Below are positions 17,278 through 19,548 of a stretch of 19,548 nucleotides of DNA, piece by piece. The notes beneath the pieces were generated by a model, which ran no database searches, was not told the origin of the DNA, and saw only the letters and a list, made by a program, of their open reading frames with translations. The position numbers were made by a program, and so were the translations under genes. This DNA comes from Bathymodiolus heckerae thiotrophic gill symbiont (GTDB lineage Bacteria > Pseudomonadota > Gammaproteobacteria > PS1 > Pseudothioglobaceae): positions 1-19,548 of the forward strand of contig NZ_FXLV01000026.1 of assembly GCF_900180345.1 (NCBI RefSeq), in the 5' to 3' direction. Positions within the stretch are counted from its first letter, which is position 1; every line of letters begins with the position of its first letter.

Positions 17278-18699
17278 TTAAAACGGGAACTTATTACTAC
17301 CGCCCATATTAGGTAGTTTCATACCCGACAAGTCAGGCATACTGCCACCCTCGCCGCCACCTTGCAATCCTGCCATTTTTGCCATCATTTTTTGCATTTT
17401 TCCACCACTCATTTTCTTCATCTGTTTTTGCATTTTTTCAAATTGCTTTAGCAGTTTGTTGATGTCTTGTGGCTGAGTGCCAGAGCCTTTGGCAATACGG
17501 TTTTTGCGTGAGCCTTTGATAAGTTTAATGTGGGTGCGTTCTTTACGGGTCATGGAATTGATGATAGCCACCATTTTTTTGGTTTCAACCGTGCCCATCA
17601 TTTGGTTTTTAACACTCTGTGGAATCTGCCCCATACCAGGCATTTTGTCCATCAAAGCCTCCATCCCACCCATTTGCTCCATTTGCAAAAGTTGATCACG
17701 CATATCCTCTAAATCAAACTGCCCTTTTGCCATTTTTTTGGCAGATTTTTCAGCTTTTTTATGGTCAATTTTTTGTCCAATTTCTTCAATCAATGACAAG
17801 ACATCGCCCATGCCTAACAGACGGGAAACAATCCTATCTGGATGGAAGGGCTCTAGTGCATCGAACTTTTCACCCACACCTAGGAATTTAATCGGTTTGC
17901 CAGTAATATGACGCACGGAAAGCGCCGCGCCACCTCTGGCATCGCCATCAGTTTTGGTTAAAATAATGCCTGTTAATGGCAGTGCATCGGCGAAGGCTTT
18001 GGCAGTATGCGCAGCATCTTGACCTGTCATGGCATCAACCACAAACAAAGTTTCAATTGGATTTACCTGTTTTTGCAAGGCCTGAATTTCGCTCATCATT
18101 TGCTCATCAATGTGCAAACGACCTGCGGTATCAACCAACAACACATCGAAAAATTGCTTTTGTGCGTGTTTTTTGGCACTGGCGACGATTTTCTCTGGCT
18201 TATCGTTAATGCTAGAAGGGAAAAAATCTACTCCAACTTGTTTTGCCAACACTTCTAACTGAGTAATGGCCGCAGGACGATAAACATCGGCACTAACCAC
18301 CAAGACTTTTTTGTTTTCTCGCTCTTTTAAATAACGCGCTAACTTAGCAATTGAAGTGGTTTTACCTGCACCTTGCAAACCTGCTACCATCACTACTGCG
18401 GGCGGTTGTGCCCTTAAATCTAGAGTTTTGTTTTCACCACCAATAATCTCGGTAAGTTCTGTTTCTACCAGTTTGATAAAGACTTGTGACGGATTAAGCC
18501 CTTCGCCAACTTTAAGCCCCAAAGCTTTTTCTTGCACCTTATCAAGAAACACCTTGATGACTTCAAGCGCAACATCAGCCTCCAATAAGGCACGGCGTAC
18601 TTCACGAATGGCATCTTTAATATTGGATTCTGAGAGTTTATTTTTGCCTTGTAAGGCCTTAAAACTGTTGGCAAGGCGGTCGGTTAAATTATCAAACAT
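17278..18699 (-). CDS. ffh: Signal recognition particle protein Ffh (SRP54)
   Basis: 473 aa with GTPase motifs GLQGAGKTTSIAKLA, DTAGRL, TKTDGDARGGAA and a Met-rich M domain ending KQMKKMSGGKMQKMMAKM. Confidence 0.97.
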   Translation of the reverse strand: MFDNLTDRLANSFKALQGKNKLSESNIKDAIREVRRALLEADVALEVIKVFLDKVQEKALGLKVGEGLNPSQVFIKLVETELTEIIGGENKTLDLRAQPPAVVMVAGLQGAGKTTSIAKLARYLKERENKKVLVVSADVYRPAAITQLEVLAKQVGVDFFPSSINDKPEKIVASAKKHAQKQFFDVLLVDTAGRLHIDEQMMSEIQALQKQVNPIETLFVVDAMTGQDAAHTAKAFADALPLTGIILTKTDGDARGGAALSVRHITGKPIKFLGVGEKFDALEPFHPDRIVSRLLGMGDVLSLIEEIGQKIDHKKAEKSAKKMAKGQFDLEDMRDQLLQMEQMGGMEALMDKMPGMGQIPQSVKNQMMGTVETKKMVAIINSMTRKERTHIKLIKGSRKNRIAKGSGTQPQDINKLLKQFEKMQKQMKKMSGGKMQKMMAKMAGLQGGGEGGSMPDLSGMKLPNMGGSNKFPF

Positions 18700-18762
18700 T
18701 TTTAATATAAATATAACTAAAGTATCGTATTATAGTGGTTTGTATTAATTCAAAAAATAATT

Positions 18763-19548
18763 ATGCTTTTATCTTACTTTGCAATTGTTGCCTATTTAAT
18801 TGCAGCCCTGTTATTAATGCGTTTTTTCACCAAAAATGACCTACAACATCGTCATCAAAAAAGCATTTTTTTATTACTCAGTTTTGCCATTATTACGCAC
18901 ACTTTGACCTTTAGCGATTTTTGGACAACTGACGGTGTGTTTTTTGGACTGGCTAATAGCGCCTCTTTTGTGGCTTGGTTGGTAGCAATTTTATTGTTCT
19001 TATCCTCTATTTCCAAGCCTGTGCATGCGCTCGGTATTTTGGTGTATCCATTGGTTGCTGCATCGCTACTATTCAGTATTTTATTCCCCGATACAGCTGA
19101 AAAAACCATTCCCTTAAATATCGCTTCTCATGTGTTTTTATCCATCACCGCCTACGCCCTACTTGCTCTAGCTGTATGTCAATCGGTGTTGTTAAAAACC
19201 CAAGAAAAACACTTACACGCAAAAAAAATCAATGGTTTTATCAGTAAATTACCGCCACTGCAGACTATGGAAGCACTGTTGTTTCAAAGTCTTAGAATTG
19301 GTTTTTATTTGCTCACCCTTTCGCTTATCAGCGGTTTTATTTTCATTGATGATTTATTTTCCCAGCATCTGGTTCACAAAACTGCCCTTTCTGTCATTGC
19401 TTGGGTTATTTTTGCCACACTCATTTTTGGCAGAAAGGTCTTTGGCTGGCGTGGGAAACAAGCTATTACTGCCATACAAATCGGCTTTGGTGTTTTAGTG
19501 CTTGCCTATTACGGTTCTAAGTTCGTCTTAGAACGCTTATTGTCTTAA
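18763..19548 (+). CDS. ypjD: CcsA/YpjD-type cytochrome c assembly-like inner-membrane protein
   Basis: 261 aa, multi-TM, with CcsA-like ISITAYALLALAVCQSVLL and LSVIAWVIFATLIFGRKVFGWRGKQA. Divergent from ffh, as in E. coli. Confidence 0.85.
   Translation: MLLSYFAIVAYLIAALLLMRFFTKNDLQHRHQKSIFLLLSFAIITHTLTFSDFWTTDGVFFGLANSASFVAWLVAILLFLSSISKPVHALGILVYPLVAASLLFSILFPDTAEKTIPLNIASHVFLSITAYALLALAVCQSVLLKTQEKHLHAKKINGFISKLPPLQTMEALLFQSLRIGFYLLTLSLISGFIFIDDLFSQHLVHKTALSVIAWVIFATLIFGRKVFGWRGKQAITAIQIGFGVLVLAYYGSKFVLERLLS

Noticed and set aside
17477-18748. Several plus-strand ORFs opposite ffh
   Set aside because: Shadow frames of a highly conserved gene.
1-19548. CRISPR array, toxin-antitoxin pair or defence/biosynthetic cluster
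   Set aside because: No regularly spaced repeats or effector genes were seen. The accessory signals are confined to the RAYT locus and the left-edge parA.

Overview
This window is mostly conserved gammaproteobacterial housekeeping chromosome, AT-rich. Its content and style suggest a sulfur-oxidiser/Thioglobus-like genome, but I hold that taxonomic guess with low confidence. Gene order: partial parA-like gene (-), tRNA-Lys(UUU) (-), ihfB, rpsA, cmk, MazG-like NTP-PPase, lysS, TPR protein, yjbQ family, ccmH (all -), REP-associated HUH transposase (RAYT, -), uup, HAD phosphatase, OMP beta-barrel (+), a short degraded exported-protein ORF, a small membrane protein and uvrC (-), mlaC-like, murA, hisG, hisD (+), ffh (-), ypjD/ccsA-like (+). 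Two places stand out. (1) At the left edge, an unannotated ParA ATPase starts 72 bp beyond the 3' end of tRNA-Lys. This resembles the terminus of a pKLC102/PAPI-1-type integrative element. (2) At 6.9-7.8 kb, a compact RAYT gene is bracketed by three copies of the palindromic element GTCCCGAGCCGGGAAC. It lies between two diverged copies of the first ~41 bp of the uup gene. I found no CRISPR array, toxin-antitoxin pair or recognisable defence operon inside the window.
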